64,000 nucleotides of DNA from Hyaloraphidium curvatum SAG 235-1 (Eukaryota > Fungi > Monoblepharomycota): contig JAIVFI010000005.1 in the NCBI GenBank assembly GCA_025558095.1, forward strand, positions 248,001 through 312,000. The letters run 5' to 3'. The notes beneath the pieces were generated by a model. The model worked only from the letters and a program-made list of their open reading frames with translations, did no database searches and was not told the origin of the DNA. Numbering within the stretch: the stretch's first letter is position 1; each line of letters starts with the position of its first letter. The position numbers and the translations under genes were made by a program. Below are positions 9,792 to 21,376 of this stretch, in pieces.

Positions 9792-10923
9792 TGCATTCCT
9801 GAGAATGCGAAACCAAATGAGAAACACGAATGATTGCGGTCGCAGCGCAGAAGTCGCTGCTGTCCAGTCACGCGGCGCTCCCTCACGCGGCCTCCGCGCT
9901 TTCGCCCCCGTGGGCTCGTGCCACATGTCCGTGTGGAAAGCAGTCCGCGTCGAAGCAGTGCCCCGCAACGGTCGGCCAACTCACCCGCGTAGTCCGTGTA
10001 TAGTTGAAACCCTTTTTTTCGCGTCGATCCAATGGGCGGGGATTGGGGCTAGCTCCTCATTACACGCGTCGAGTTCCGGCGTTCTGCACCTGAATGGTCG
10101 CCTGCATGGGTTGAGAAATCATAGAAGCCGCGATTCGCGTGGCACTTCCGGCGCTCCGTGGCCGGCTCTCCCACATTTGTTTCTCGGGCCCAGGTCTCCG
10201 TTTCGCTCCCTCTGACCTCTGCCCTCCGGGCACAACGAAAGAGTTTGCTACGCTATTCGTCTGTCATGATCCTCGCGTCGGCGCTGGGCTTCCCTTACGC
10301 TTGATTGGTTTCCTTGGCTCCAACCAACGCGGATAGGGACAACGAATCGATCTTCCGTGCACGCGATCTCTTGATGGACTGGATGATAGTGGAACCTTCT
10401 TGGCATCGTCGGACGGTCCATAAAGCTCATCGTGCTGACGGTGTCTGACGGGGCGCGCAGGAGTCTGACACGCTAGAGATCGGACCGCCTAATGCGGCCG
10501 CGGCCGAATCGATTGGAGGAGAAACTGGCCGTGCCTGCGACTCGGGCCGTCCGATGGCGGGGGCAGCTGGACAATTCGGGTGTGGACTCGCTCGGAGCTC
10601 GTCTCTGGGGAATGGGGCGGCGAGAGCCCTGATGGCGTCGATGCAAAAATTGCGTGAAGGATCGATTCGTTGATGGTTGACTGTCGTCGTGTGGTGCCCC
10701 ATGGTCGCGATCGGCGCTTCATAAGTCCGGGGGGCTTGCAGTCGGGCGGCCGAACGAGCAGGGCTCGCACGCGTGCCGAAATCGGCGAACCCCCCCTGTT
10801 CCCCCCTCCTTTCCAGCGGTAACAAGTACCAACATCTGCCCTCGGATGTGGCGCTTCGTCACCCGTTCGCGCTCAGTCGAAGATCCATAGCAACTGCGTA
10901 TTGAATGCCCATCTTCCATGCTG

Positions 10924-12267
10924 CTAGAGCTTGCTATCCGCCCCCTTCTTCTTCTTTCCAATCTCCGCGTACCGCCTGTACAGCTTCTCGTACCCCTCCG
11001 TCATCCCCATCCCTTTTATCGCCTCGTCGTCGAGCTCGAACCCCGTGAACATCGGTATCCTGCTCTCGGGCTTGTACACGGCCTCCTCGGGGAAGATCAG
11101 GCCCTGCTTGAAGCTCTGCCCGCCGTCGACCCTGCCGATCCGATCCGGCGTCAGCCGATCCCCGGCGCAGCCGGCGATGCAGGGCACCCACTCGAGCGCG
11201 ACCCCGTTGACGTACGCAGCCCCCGGCGACAGCAGGAACACCACCGCGGCGCTGACCTCGGCCTCGGTCCCGAGCCTGCCCGACGGGTTCTGGTAGTGCC
11301 ATTTCGCCTGAATGGCCTTCTGCACAGGAGCCGGGTAATTCGCTTGTCCGGCGCCGATGACGGCGCCGGGGACGACGGAGTTGATGCGGATGCCCGAATG
11401 GGGGGACCATTCCTGCACGAGGGAGAGGGTGAGGTTGGCGACGCCCGCGCGGGCGGCTGCCATTGGGCGGGCACGGTTAGCCGGCTCCACGCGTTGCCAT
11501 TGAGTATCGCACCTGCGCTATGCGATACGTAGTACCACCCGGGCTTGAACGTCGCCAGGACGTTCACCACCGACCCCCCGTTGTCCTTCATGTACCCCTC
11601 GTAGGCCGCCTTGGTCATCAGGAACGTGCCCGTCAAGTTGAGATCCACGACGCTGCGGAACCCTTTTGCCGAGATCTTCTCGGCGGGGCTGGCGAACTGC
11701 GAGCCGGCGTCAGCCGGGCGCGCCAAAGGGCCCGAGGAATGAACGTGCCTGTCCGCCGGCATTGTTGACGAGACTTGGAATGTGGAAACAGAAAGGAGAT
11801 GGACAGAAAGGCAAGGAGAGGGGCAGAGAGTTCAGGAGAGGATCTCCCCCGGCGCCGGATCCGTCAACGCCCATCTCCTCCCCGGAACACGACCCCACCC
11901 ACCCGTCCAGCCTCCCATGCCTCTCCAAAATCCTCTTCACCGCCTCCACGCACTGCCCCTCCTCCCGCACGTCCAGCGGGCACACCACGTCGCACCTTCC
12001 CCCCGCCGCCTCGATCTCGGCCTTGACGCGCGCCAAAGGTTCGGGCCGGCGCGCGGCGATGACCACAGTGGCGCCGAGGGAGGCGAGTTCGTGGGCGATG
12101 GTGCGGCCGATGCCCGTTCCGCCGCCTGGTTCGCGTGTGGGGGGGTTCCGGAGAGGAGGGCGGTTAGGAGGTAAGACAGGGGAAGGGAGGGCAAACGCGC
12201 CTGTAACGAGGATGACGCGGTCTTTGAAGAGGTTGGAGCGGTATATCGAGTGGTACTTTGGAGCCAT
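10924..12267 (-). CDS. PECR: Peroxisomal trans-2-enoyl-CoA reductase-like SDR
   Basis: TGGGTGIG, LVNNAGGQF, HSAAARAGV, GRLGTEAEV; C-terminal SKL (PTS1); two GC-AG introns. Confidence 0.88.
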
Positions 12268-12345
12268 CGCGGGAGACGGTCCGACGCGTCTTGGCCGTGT
12301 TTGGATCGACGTCCCGGGCCGGACAAGGCTGAGTCGCCGCCAAAC

Positions 12346-13204
12346 ATGGCACTCCTCGGGATCCTGCTCCTGGCGCTGGCGGCCTCGGCCGCCGCGCATT
12401 CCCCCTCGGACACGATTTTGCTGCGCCCCGCATGGCCGCGGCGGCAGGACGCCCCCTGCGCGGACGTCGACTGCCCGAACGACGTCGACGACTCTTCCTG
12501 CTACGCCGCCTCGCTCTTTTCCGCGCTGGACGCTTCTCCCGCCCTGCCGACAGCCGGACCATGCGCGGACTACGCATCCTGCCTCGCGGCCGCGGGGCCG
12601 GGCACGCTCACCTGGGCGGCGGCGGGCACGGCGGCGGACTGCGGGCTGGCGGGGGTGGAGCTGCGGACGTACCCGGGGAACGCGAGCGACACGGCGGCGC
12701 TGCTGGATGTTCTGGTGCCGGAGTATGTTGTCGAGGAGGGGGGGGAGGTGCCGCCGGACGACGCGGTGCCCGAGGCGGGGTGCGCCGAGTACTCGTGCCC
12801 GGGGGACTGCAACGACTGGCCGTGCTGTGGGTTTCCCGCCGTTCCGGTGCATGCATCGCACTCACCCCGTTTGGTTTGCAGTCCAGGAAGCGTTCGGGAC
12901 CCCTGGGGACCTTCCCGCCGCGTGCGCGACCTTCAATAGGTGCCTGTCGGACCGGTGCCCCGCGGGGCAGACCTACGGGTACGACGCCGGCGTGGCGATC
13001 GAGGTGGACTGCGCGGGGACGGTGCCTCCTGCGCGGCTGCGGCGGTACCCCAAGGCGTTTTCGGCGGCGGGGGACCCGGTGGCGGAGGCGGGCGGCGCGG
13101 GGCCTACGAAACCCGCTTCGGGGGGCAGACGGGCGGCGGGGGTGCTGCCAGCTGCGGTGCTGGGCGGTGCCGTGGCTGCCGCTGCGTGCCTGTTGTCGGC
13201 ATGA
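12346..13204 (+). CDS. Secreted Cys-rich, probably GPI-anchored protein of unknown function
   Basis: Signal peptide MALLGILLLALAASAAA; many Cys; one intron ~12828-12880; hydrophobic C-terminal tail VLPAAVLGGAVAAAACLLSA. Confidence 0.75.
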
Positions 13205-13324
13205 ATAGACCTAGAGACCAGCCTCGAAGCATTGAGACCTTGAGACGACGACTGATGGGTGCTGCATGATGGAAGCCGCGGCTCGCCTCCACACACTTTT
13301 GACCTTGCTCTCACGTTAGCCCCG

Positions 13325-16300
13325 ATGGGCGACGGGACACTGGGAGGCGGCCCGCATGGCGGCCTGCCGCCCGGGCAGGTGCCGCCCGGGCAGGTGCCGC
13401 ACCTGCCGTACTCAGTGGCGCGCGGGCCGTCGGCAGCGGGGACGCCGGTCGGAGCGGGACAGGCCGCGGGAGGTCTTCCGGCCGGCTTCAACCCCGCGGC
13501 GCTGCTGGGCGGCGGGGCGGGCATTCCCGGGGCGATGTACGCGGGCGGCGGGGGCCGGGCGGGCGGCGTGCGGGGCGTGCCCGGGGCGGGGCAGCCCTCC
13601 GCGGCGATGGGTTCGGCGGGACTGGCGAGGCCCGGCGGACTGCCGCTCCAGTTGACCGCCCAGCAGGCGGCGTCTTTGGAGCAGGTCAAGCGGGAGCTGG
13701 CGGCGCGGGTCGCCCCCACGCTGCCCGCCGGGGCCCGCCCGTCTGCCCTCTCCGACGCCCAGCTGCAGCTGCTCCGCGCCGCACACCGCGCCGGCCAGGG
13801 GCAGGCCACCTTCCGCCCCGCCCAGATCGCGCGGCCCGCGCAGAACGCAGACGTCATCGACCTCACCGGCGACGCGGACCCGCCGATGAAGGCCATCCGC
13901 CCCGCGCCCCGGCCGCACCCCGCCCTGCCGCCGCCGGCCTCGCACGACCTCGTGCTGGGCGTCGTCAAGTCGCACGTCCACGAGATCGTGTGGGAGAACT
14001 ACCTGACGAGCTCCAGCAAGCCCGGCGTCGAGGAGACCGTGGCCTTCCGCGCCGCCGCCTCGGAGCTGTCCGTCGACAACCTGCTCGGCATGCCGGTGGG
14101 CTGCACGGCGTGCCCCGTTCCAGTCGCCATCTCTCACTCGTTTTGTCAGATGGGAAAGGTCGACCGCCGCATCGCCCACTTCCTCGCGCAGCTGCTCGCC
14201 GCGCGCCTCATCACCCTCGCCGGCTCCGTCCCCTCGGGCTACCCCGCCGGCCTCACCAACGTGCTGCCCCTGACCATCGTCGTCTCGTGCTCCCGCAGCC
14301 AGCAGACCGGCCTCGTCAACTTCTTCGCCAAGGCCAGCATCGGCCTCTTCCCCCCTACCCTCGCGCAGATCGGCTCGCGGATGTACCTGGGCCTCAACCC
14401 CGCCGGCGCCGCCGTCCCGGCGCGGCAGCCCTACGCCGCCTACACGCAGGACCGCGCGCTGAAGGAGTACGCCGAGGCGAAGAACCAGCTGGACGAGGTG
14501 TACGACGCCATGAAGGGCTGGGAGGACCTCGAGGAGACGGAGCCCTCGGGGGACGTGCGCACGGGGTTCTACCCGCACCAGAGGCAGGCACTGACCTTCA
14601 TGCTGCGGCGGGAGCGCGACCCCGCCGAGCGGGACGCGGGGCACAACATCTGGCGCCGCGAGGGCGCGTCGTTCCGGTGCGTGATCAACGGCGAGGTGCG
14701 GCCGCGAAAGGGGGAGGAGAACTTTGCCGTCAGGGAGCTCAGGGGCGGGCTGGTGGCGGACGACATGGGCCTGGGAAAGACGATCCAGGTGCTCGCGCTC
14801 GTGCTGAGCGACCCCGAGAGGGCTCGGCCGGGCACGAGGGCGCAGAGGCTGGGCAAGGGGGAGAGCAACCCCGTCGCGGTGCGGTCGCTCAAGCTGCGGA
14901 TCGGGAAGCGCAAGCGCGAGGAGGAGGAAGAGGCGGAAGCGCCGCCGCCCGCGGCGCTCGCGCTGGCCGAGAGCACGTGGCGCGGGGAGGAGCTCTGGCA
15001 GCCCGGCCGGCCGGCGGTCGTGGACCTGGACGCGGACGAGGACGAGGTGGACGGGACGGGGTACCGCGCGACGCCACCGGCGGGGGAGTTCGAGGATTTG
15101 GGGGGGGAGTACGTGGGCGAGGACGGGGGTTGGTGGTCGCAGGAGCAGCCCGAGGCCGAGGCGGAGCCGGAGCCGCAACCGCAGCCTCGGCGGCGAGTGG
15201 AGCCCGAGCCCGAGCCGGAGGAGGAGCCCGAGTACGAGCCGGAGGAGGAGCCCGAGGACGAGGAGCCGGCGATGCCGCGGCCGATGCCCGGGTGGCGGCC
15301 CAACGCGCTCGCGGCGAGGGGCAGCGAGACGCCGCCGCCGCCGGAAAAGCCGCAGACGCCGACGCTGTCGATCCGGATCAAGTTCCCGGGACAGGGCGCG
15401 CAGCCGGCGCCTTCGCCGCCGCCGCCGGCCGCGCCGCCGATGCAGCGGCCGATGCAGGTGCAGCAGCAGCAGCAACCGTACCCCTTCGGTGGTGTCGCGC
15501 CCTCGCGCCCGGTTGCTCTGCAGGGCTCGCTGTACGCGATCCAGCAGGGCATGGCGTCGCAGCCCCCGGCGCAACCCCCGCCGGCCATGCGGCCCGGGTT
15601 TCCGGACGCGCGCACCGCCGCTTCCATCGGCTCGCCCGCGACGCCGACCTTTTCCGAGACCTCGTCCCGGCCCGGCGGCCGGAAGAAGAAGGACGACGAG
15701 ACCTTCTACCCCGAGCCCGTGGTCAGCTCCCCCGGCACGCTCATCATCTGTCCCCTCTCGACCGTGACCAACTGGGAGGAGCAGATCGCGCAGCACTGCC
15801 GCCCCGGCACCGTTGGCGCGTACGTGTACCACGGCGGCGGGCGCAACCAGAGCGCTGAGCAGCTCAGCCTGCACGACGTGGTCATCACCACGTACAACGT
15901 CCTCAGCATCGAGTACGGCCGCATGGCACGCGCGGGGAGCAACGCCCGGAACGACGCCGAGGGCGGGTTCCTGGCCCCGCTGCACGCGATCGAGTGGCAC
16001 AGGGTGGTGCTGGACGAGGCGCACACGATCAAGGACGCGAGCACGGCGCAGAGCAAGGCCGCGTGCAGCATCAACGCCCGGCGGAGGTGGTGCCTGACGG
16101 GGACGCCGATCCAGAACAAGCTCGACGACCTGTACGCGCTGATCAAGTTTCTGCGGGTGCAGCCGTTCGACGAGAAGTTGGCCTGGACGACCACCTTCAC
16201 GCGCCCGCTGCGGAGCGCGGACCCCATCGGCGTGTCGCGGCTGCAGACACTCATGAAGCTCGTCACCATCCGCCGCACAAAGACCATGAAGATCAAGGGG

Positions 16301-17625
16301 CAGCCCATCGTCAGCCTGCCGCCGCGCGAGGACCGCGTCGAGAGCGTGGAGCTGGGCCCGTTCGAGCGGAAGCTGTACGACGCCGCGCACAGGCAGTCCA
16401 AGGAGATTTTCGAGCGGCTCGTGCAGAACGACAACGTGATGCGCAACTACGTGCACGTGCTCGAGATCCTGCTCCGGCTGAGGCAGCTCGTCACCCACCC
16501 GGGGCTGGTCAAGCGGTCGCAGATCGACTTTGCCAACCTCAAGCTGGAGGAGTCGTCCGTGATCGACCTCTCGGACGAGTCGGCCGTGGACGCCGCGCAG
16601 TCGTGGGAGACGTACAACCTGCTCCGCGACTCGGGGGAGGACTACTGCTGCCGGTGCCAGGAGCAGGTCGTGGACGCCACGTCCGGCGACGTGGACCCGC
16701 GGTACGCCGCCCGCGCGCCCGTGGTGTCGCGATGCGGGCACCTGTACTGCAAGGGCTGCGTCGAAGCGGGGCTGAAGCAGAACGCGTTCGAGTGCCGCAT
16801 GTGCTCGCGGATCGTGACGACGACGGACGTGCTCGAGCTCAACGAGGCGTCGCTCGAGGCGGTGGGTTTCCGACTTCCCGCTGATTGTGGCCGCAAGATC
16901 TAATCGGGTATCCTTCTGCGCAGGTCACGAAGCAGACGATGGCGAAAGCCGAAAAGACCATCAAGCTTTTCATGAAGGGTCCCAACGGCACGACGGCCGA
17001 CGCGACCATCACCGTGGATCCCAACAAGCTCGAGCTGCTGAGCCCGTACGACGAGAGCGCCAAGGTGCGGGCCATCATCGCAGACCTGCGCCAGGTGCGG
17101 CTCGATGCCCAGACGGCGGGGACCGAGATGCCCAAGAGCGTCATCTTTTCGCAATGGACGGGGATGCTCGACATCCTGCAGAACCACCTCACGTACCACG
17201 AGTTTGGGTTCACGCGGCTGGACGGCAAGATGTCGCGGCCCGACCGCTCCGCCGCCATCCAGACCTTCCGGAGCGACCCCGACTGCACCGTCATGCTGGT
17301 GTCGCTCAAGGCCGGCGGCGTGGGGCTGAATCTGACCATGGCCTCGCGCGCGTACCTGGTGGAACCGTACTGGAACCCGTCGGTCGAGAACCAGGCCGTC
17401 GATCGGATCCACCGCATGGGCCAGACCAAGCCCGTGACGACGATCCGGCTGATCGTCAAGGACTCGGTGGAGGACAACATCCTGGCGCTGCAGAAGAAGA
17501 AGCTCGCGCTGGCCAACATGGCATTGGAGCGTGACGAGAGGGGGAAGGGCAAGGGGACGTCGGCGCAGCAGAAGGAGGAGATGGCGAGGCAGCGCCTCAA
17601 GGACCTGAAGGAGCTGTTCAAGTGA
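13325..17625 (+). CDS. SNF2-family ATPase with RING finger (RAD5/HLTF/RAD16-like)
   Basis: GGLVADDMGLGKT, VVLDEAH, CLTGTPIQN, RING C..C..CGHLYC..C..CRMC, FSQWT, SLKAGGVGLNL, QAVDRIHRMGQ. Confidence 0.93.
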
Positions 17626-17833
17626 GGGGCGGACCGGTTGCCGCAGACGGTTTTGATGTTCTTTGTCTCCCATTTACAAAAGGAGTATTGGTCTTGTCCT
17701 ATGCGCTGGAGGCGGATAGCCGAACGGGCTCTCTGCCGCGGTCCGTGACTATCGATGCTGGCGGCCGGGTTGCCGAGCAGGACCACAGTTGCTCCTCTAA
17801 TGGCTGTTCCCTGTCGAAGTCGCCTCTTCTGCA

Positions 17834-19042
17834 ATGCATAAGCACGTCCCCCGCGCCGCGAGCCCCGTTCTGGAGCCGAAATCGCCTTCGCGGACTTCCA
17901 CGCCTAAACCGTCGACACCGAAACCGGAAAGCAATGGACACTCCCACGGAGCTGCGAAGCTTCCGCGACCGTCCTCGGCAACTTCGCTGGCCGGAGCGCT
18001 GGGGAAGCGGTTGCCGAGGAAATCCTGGAAGAGGTTTCGGGGGTCAGGTACCGCGGCGATGCTGGCCGCGACCTTTTCCTTCTTCGCCATGTCAGTCGCG
18101 ATCAAATCGTTGTCTCCGGAATGGAAATCCTACGAGGTGATAGCGGTGCGCTCTGTGGCTGCGCTCCTCTACTGTTTCTGGGCGTCTGGGTTCCATTCTA
18201 CGGAGAATGCGGTTACCGGCGGTCTGTGGGCTCGGGATCCGAAGGCAAAAGGGTGGACGGCGCCGACGGATCTGCAGCTGAAGCTCATGCTCAGGGGTCT
18301 GCTGGGCTTCTCGTCCCTCTGGATGCAGTGCCTCTCGCTCGAAAGGCTGTCGGTCGGCGAATCGACGACCCTCCAATTTCTTTACCCCTTGATCACGGTC
18401 GTGGCGGCAGCGGCGATATTGGGGGAAACCTATACCGCATTCGACGTGGTGATGAGCGCCCTCGGATTCGTCGGCTGCATGATGGTGGTGCTGCCAAAGA
18501 CGGGGCCGCCTGGAGACGGGGCGGAACACTCTGCCGGGGACGCCCTGGTCGGGGTGGCAGCCGGAGTAGGGAGCGCCGTTTTCCAGGCCCTGTCTTTCAT
18601 TAGCGTCAGGCAGATCACGAAGCAGGCGCACGGACTGCAGCTGCTGTGGTACTTCAGTGCCGTCTGCCTACCGTGTGCGGCCCTGGCTCGTATGGTGTTT
18701 GCTCCGGTAGCGTTCTCCGAGCTGTACTATTTCCCCACCAGCTTCAAGCAGGCGTGGTGGCTCTTTGTCACGTGCGCAACGGGGATATCCGGCCAGGTGG
18801 CACTCTCGGCCGCTTTGCGAACAGAAAAGGTCGGAGACGCCGCCTCTCTCTCGTACCTACAAGTTCCGCTGGCGTTTATTGCGGACTACGCCGTGTTTCA
18901 CGTTCCCTCGGGATTGCTGGGTGCCTCGGGGGCACTCCTGATCACGGCGGCCGGTCTCGCTCCGTCCTTCCCCTTCAAAGAGAAGTTCAACCGCTGGTTC
19001 GCGGCGACTTTCTACGAGTCCGCTGAGCGGGAACGCGAATGA
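17834..19042 (+). CDS. EamA/DMT-family membrane transporter
   Basis: ~10 TM helices; LRGLLGF; ILGET; two-repeat EamA layout. Confidence 0.85.
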   Translation: MHKHVPRAASPVLEPKSPSRTSTPKPSTPKPESNGHSHGAAKLPRPSSATSLAGALGKRLPRKSWKRFRGSGTAAMLAATFSFFAMSVAIKSLSPEWKSYEVIAVRSVAALLYCFWASGFHSTENAVTGGLWARDPKAKGWTAPTDLQLKLMLRGLLGFSSLWMQCLSLERLSVGESTTLQFLYPLITVVAAAAILGETYTAFDVVMSALGFVGCMMVVLPKTGPPGDGAEHSAGDALVGVAAGVGSAVFQALSFISVRQITKQAHGLQLLWYFSAVCLPCAALARMVFAPVAFSELYYFPTSFKQAWWLFVTCATGISGQVALSAALRTEKVGDAASLSYLQVPLAFIADYAVFHVPSGLLGASGALLITAAGLAPSFPFKEKFNRWFAATFYESAERERE

Positions 19043-19091
19043 TGCGGTGTGTTGAATGTGAAAAAGATTGTATACCGTGAATCTAGCCTAT

Positions 19092-21100
19092 CTACCTTGC
19101 TTCGAGCTTCGTTGCCAAGTACGCCGCCGCAATCGCGGCCACTCCGCCAATCCTCAAAACCCATCCGAATGAGTCCAGCTGCCGCCTCGGCTGTCCGGGC
19201 TCAGGTGTTCCCTCCAGGTAGTGCAGCAATGCAAAGACCAAGGCGCTTATGCCCGTCATTGCGAGCTGCGGAACGACAACGTAGAGATTCGCAATTCCCA
19301 TGACGATGCCGACATCCAGCGGCTTCTGATCCGGAGAAGCAATGACGGAGGGAGCGTTCTCCGACGCCTCGGAGTTGATGGATGGAGCAGTTGGTTCGTC
19401 GGGTACTGCCAGAAAAGAATCGCCACGCTCAAGTCCATCCTCCGCTTCCTCCGTATCCTCGACATCGCCTTGCTCCGAAGCAACCGGCGGAGTTGTGGAT
19501 GATGTCATGGAAGCAGCGCCGTTGTGGTCGCGGTTTCGGACGTGTTTCTCTCGATCGAGCTCGGCCCTGCAGTACTCTCCGATGAGCACAAAGGGAGCCC
19601 ACACTGCCGCAGCCCAAGGAACTCCGAGGAGGGAGATGCAAACGGTCGCTCCAATCTGTCCGCCAACGAAGATGGTGCTGAACATCACGGCCGCAAACAT
19701 GATCAGCGAGCCCATCCACATTCCGGGAACAGACGGCAAGAAGTTCGCGAAGGACCGCGTATCGTCCGGGCGGCGTGCCAGCGGGGGAAGAGCGAAGGAA
19801 AAGACCAGAGAGACGAGCGCGAACACAAAGAGGGCAAAGGAGCCTGCTCGGGCCCCATCGGATGCCGAATCATCGGGCTCACTCGGCGGCGCGGGAACGG
19901 GATCGGTCCCATTCGCCGCCAAAGCTCGAGCAGCGGCGAGAGGGAGCGCGCGCAACCAAAGCAGGGGCTGCTTTGTCCGACGGTCGAGCTCCATTGCCAA
20001 CGAGAATGTGGATGCCGGCGAGATCCCAACAGCCGTCGAATTCCCAGGAGCAGGAACGTGGGGAGCCAGGCCGATCGGGCCGTGCGTAACCTCGGCGACC
20101 CAGGAGCTGCTGAAGAACAGGAAAGAGAACCACCCAAACCAGGCGAAGAACTGCGTATTGCAAATCCGCTGCAACGGAGGAGGCAACGCAACGATGGCAG
20201 CGACGATCCCTTTCAGCGGATCGAGCCACCCCCGTTTGACGCCGGGTGCCCGGACGACAACTTCGTGCGTCCAGATGCATGTGACGGCGACGCAAGCAAC
20301 CAGGATGAAGAGAGCCAGAAGCGAAAGTATGGTGACCTGGGCAGAGCCCAGCGCAGGCAGGACCTCGGGCAAGTTGAGAAAGCCAAGAATGTAGCCCGCA
20401 ACGTTGCCTAGCGACACCATTCTGCCGGCGAAGGCGGACGCCAGGCCCTGCTGCTCGACAGGAGCGATGTCCATCACGAGCGCCCTCGACGACGCCATGA
20501 CTGCGTTCAGCGAGAAGTCGAGGATCCAAAAGGCTGCGACGACTACCCATCGGGTCAATGCGGCAATGCTCTCCTTCTGCTCCGGGGTAGGCTCCCCGGT
20601 CCCCGCCACGAGGAAGCGGCTGGCTTCCAAAGCATAGGCAAGCATCAAGAGACTTATGCACACGACGGCAGTACCTCCTGGACAGTGGGTGGGACAATTG
20701 GTTAGCTTGTCACTGAACAATGTCACGCAGAGCGTGAAATACCAATGATAAAGGGCCGCCGCCGACCAAGCCTGAACGTGGCTTGGTCGGAGTAAGAACC
20801 AACAATGGGCTGCACGACCAGGCCGCTCAGGGGGCCGGCCAACCAGACCAGGCTCACGAAGGCCTTGGCCACACCGAGCGACAGGAGGTATGGCGTCCCA
20901 AATGCGAGCTCGACCGTCCACACAATCTGTACGCCGAAGAGACACAGCGTCGCGAGGGCCAGCTTGTACCACGGAAGCTCTGCCTTTACTTCAGCCTGAA
21001 TCTCCGCTATGCCGGAAGCCACCCCCGGTCTCGGCCATCCCGCCTCGTCGTCGCGTTCCTCCTCGGTCTCTCCGGCCAGCTGCTCATATGAGCTCCCCAT
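19092..21100 (-). CDS. MFS sucrose/alpha-glucoside transporter (SUT1/SLC45 family)
   Basis: TPYLLSLG, WLAGPLSGLVVQPIVGSYSD, GRRRPFI, QFFAWFGWF, VVVPQ; one intron. Confidence 0.92.
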
Positions 21101-21376
21101 CGTGGCCTCCAGAGGAATGTCCGAAGCTCGCAGGGGCTCGCGGGCGGGCCCGCGGAGCCGGGCCAACAGCGACTTCCCGGCACCTTCCACTTTGCCCCTG
21201 ATGTCGAGAACGCGTCGAGGCCGTGTCCACACGCCGGCCCCATGCACGGGAGCCCCAGAAGCGATGTGCCGCGAGCACGGAGCGCGTGGGGGCCAGCTAT
21301 GAAGGGTGACGTGGAGGATGCCGCACGATGCCGCGTCGCCATCACCACACCTGCACCTGAGGAAATCCGGTCTACT

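Larger units (their letters stand above)
8710..10064. mobile_element. Putative non-autonomous TIR element (1355 bp) carrying a cargo gene
   Basis: Left end TGCAATGAGGAGCTAGC (8710-8726) matches the reverse complement of 10048-10064 (TGTAATGAGGAGCTAGC) at 16/17; CG flanks both ends; no transposase inside. Confidence 0.6.

Noticed and set aside
10020-10095. Possible tRNA/ncRNA next to a T-run
   Set aside because: No cloverleaf or T-loop consensus; the sequence is better explained as the right TIR
10788-10815. Polypurine tract on the minus strand, suggesting an LTR retroelement PPT
   Set aside because: Not followed by a TG-starting LTR; no direct repeats or gag/pol remnants seen
13412-16741. 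1109-aa antisense ORF and similar long shadow ORFs (e.g. 46703..48268, 50394..51863, 3886..4956)
   Set aside because: Expected by-product of high GC3 codon bias opposite real genes; no protein-like motifs
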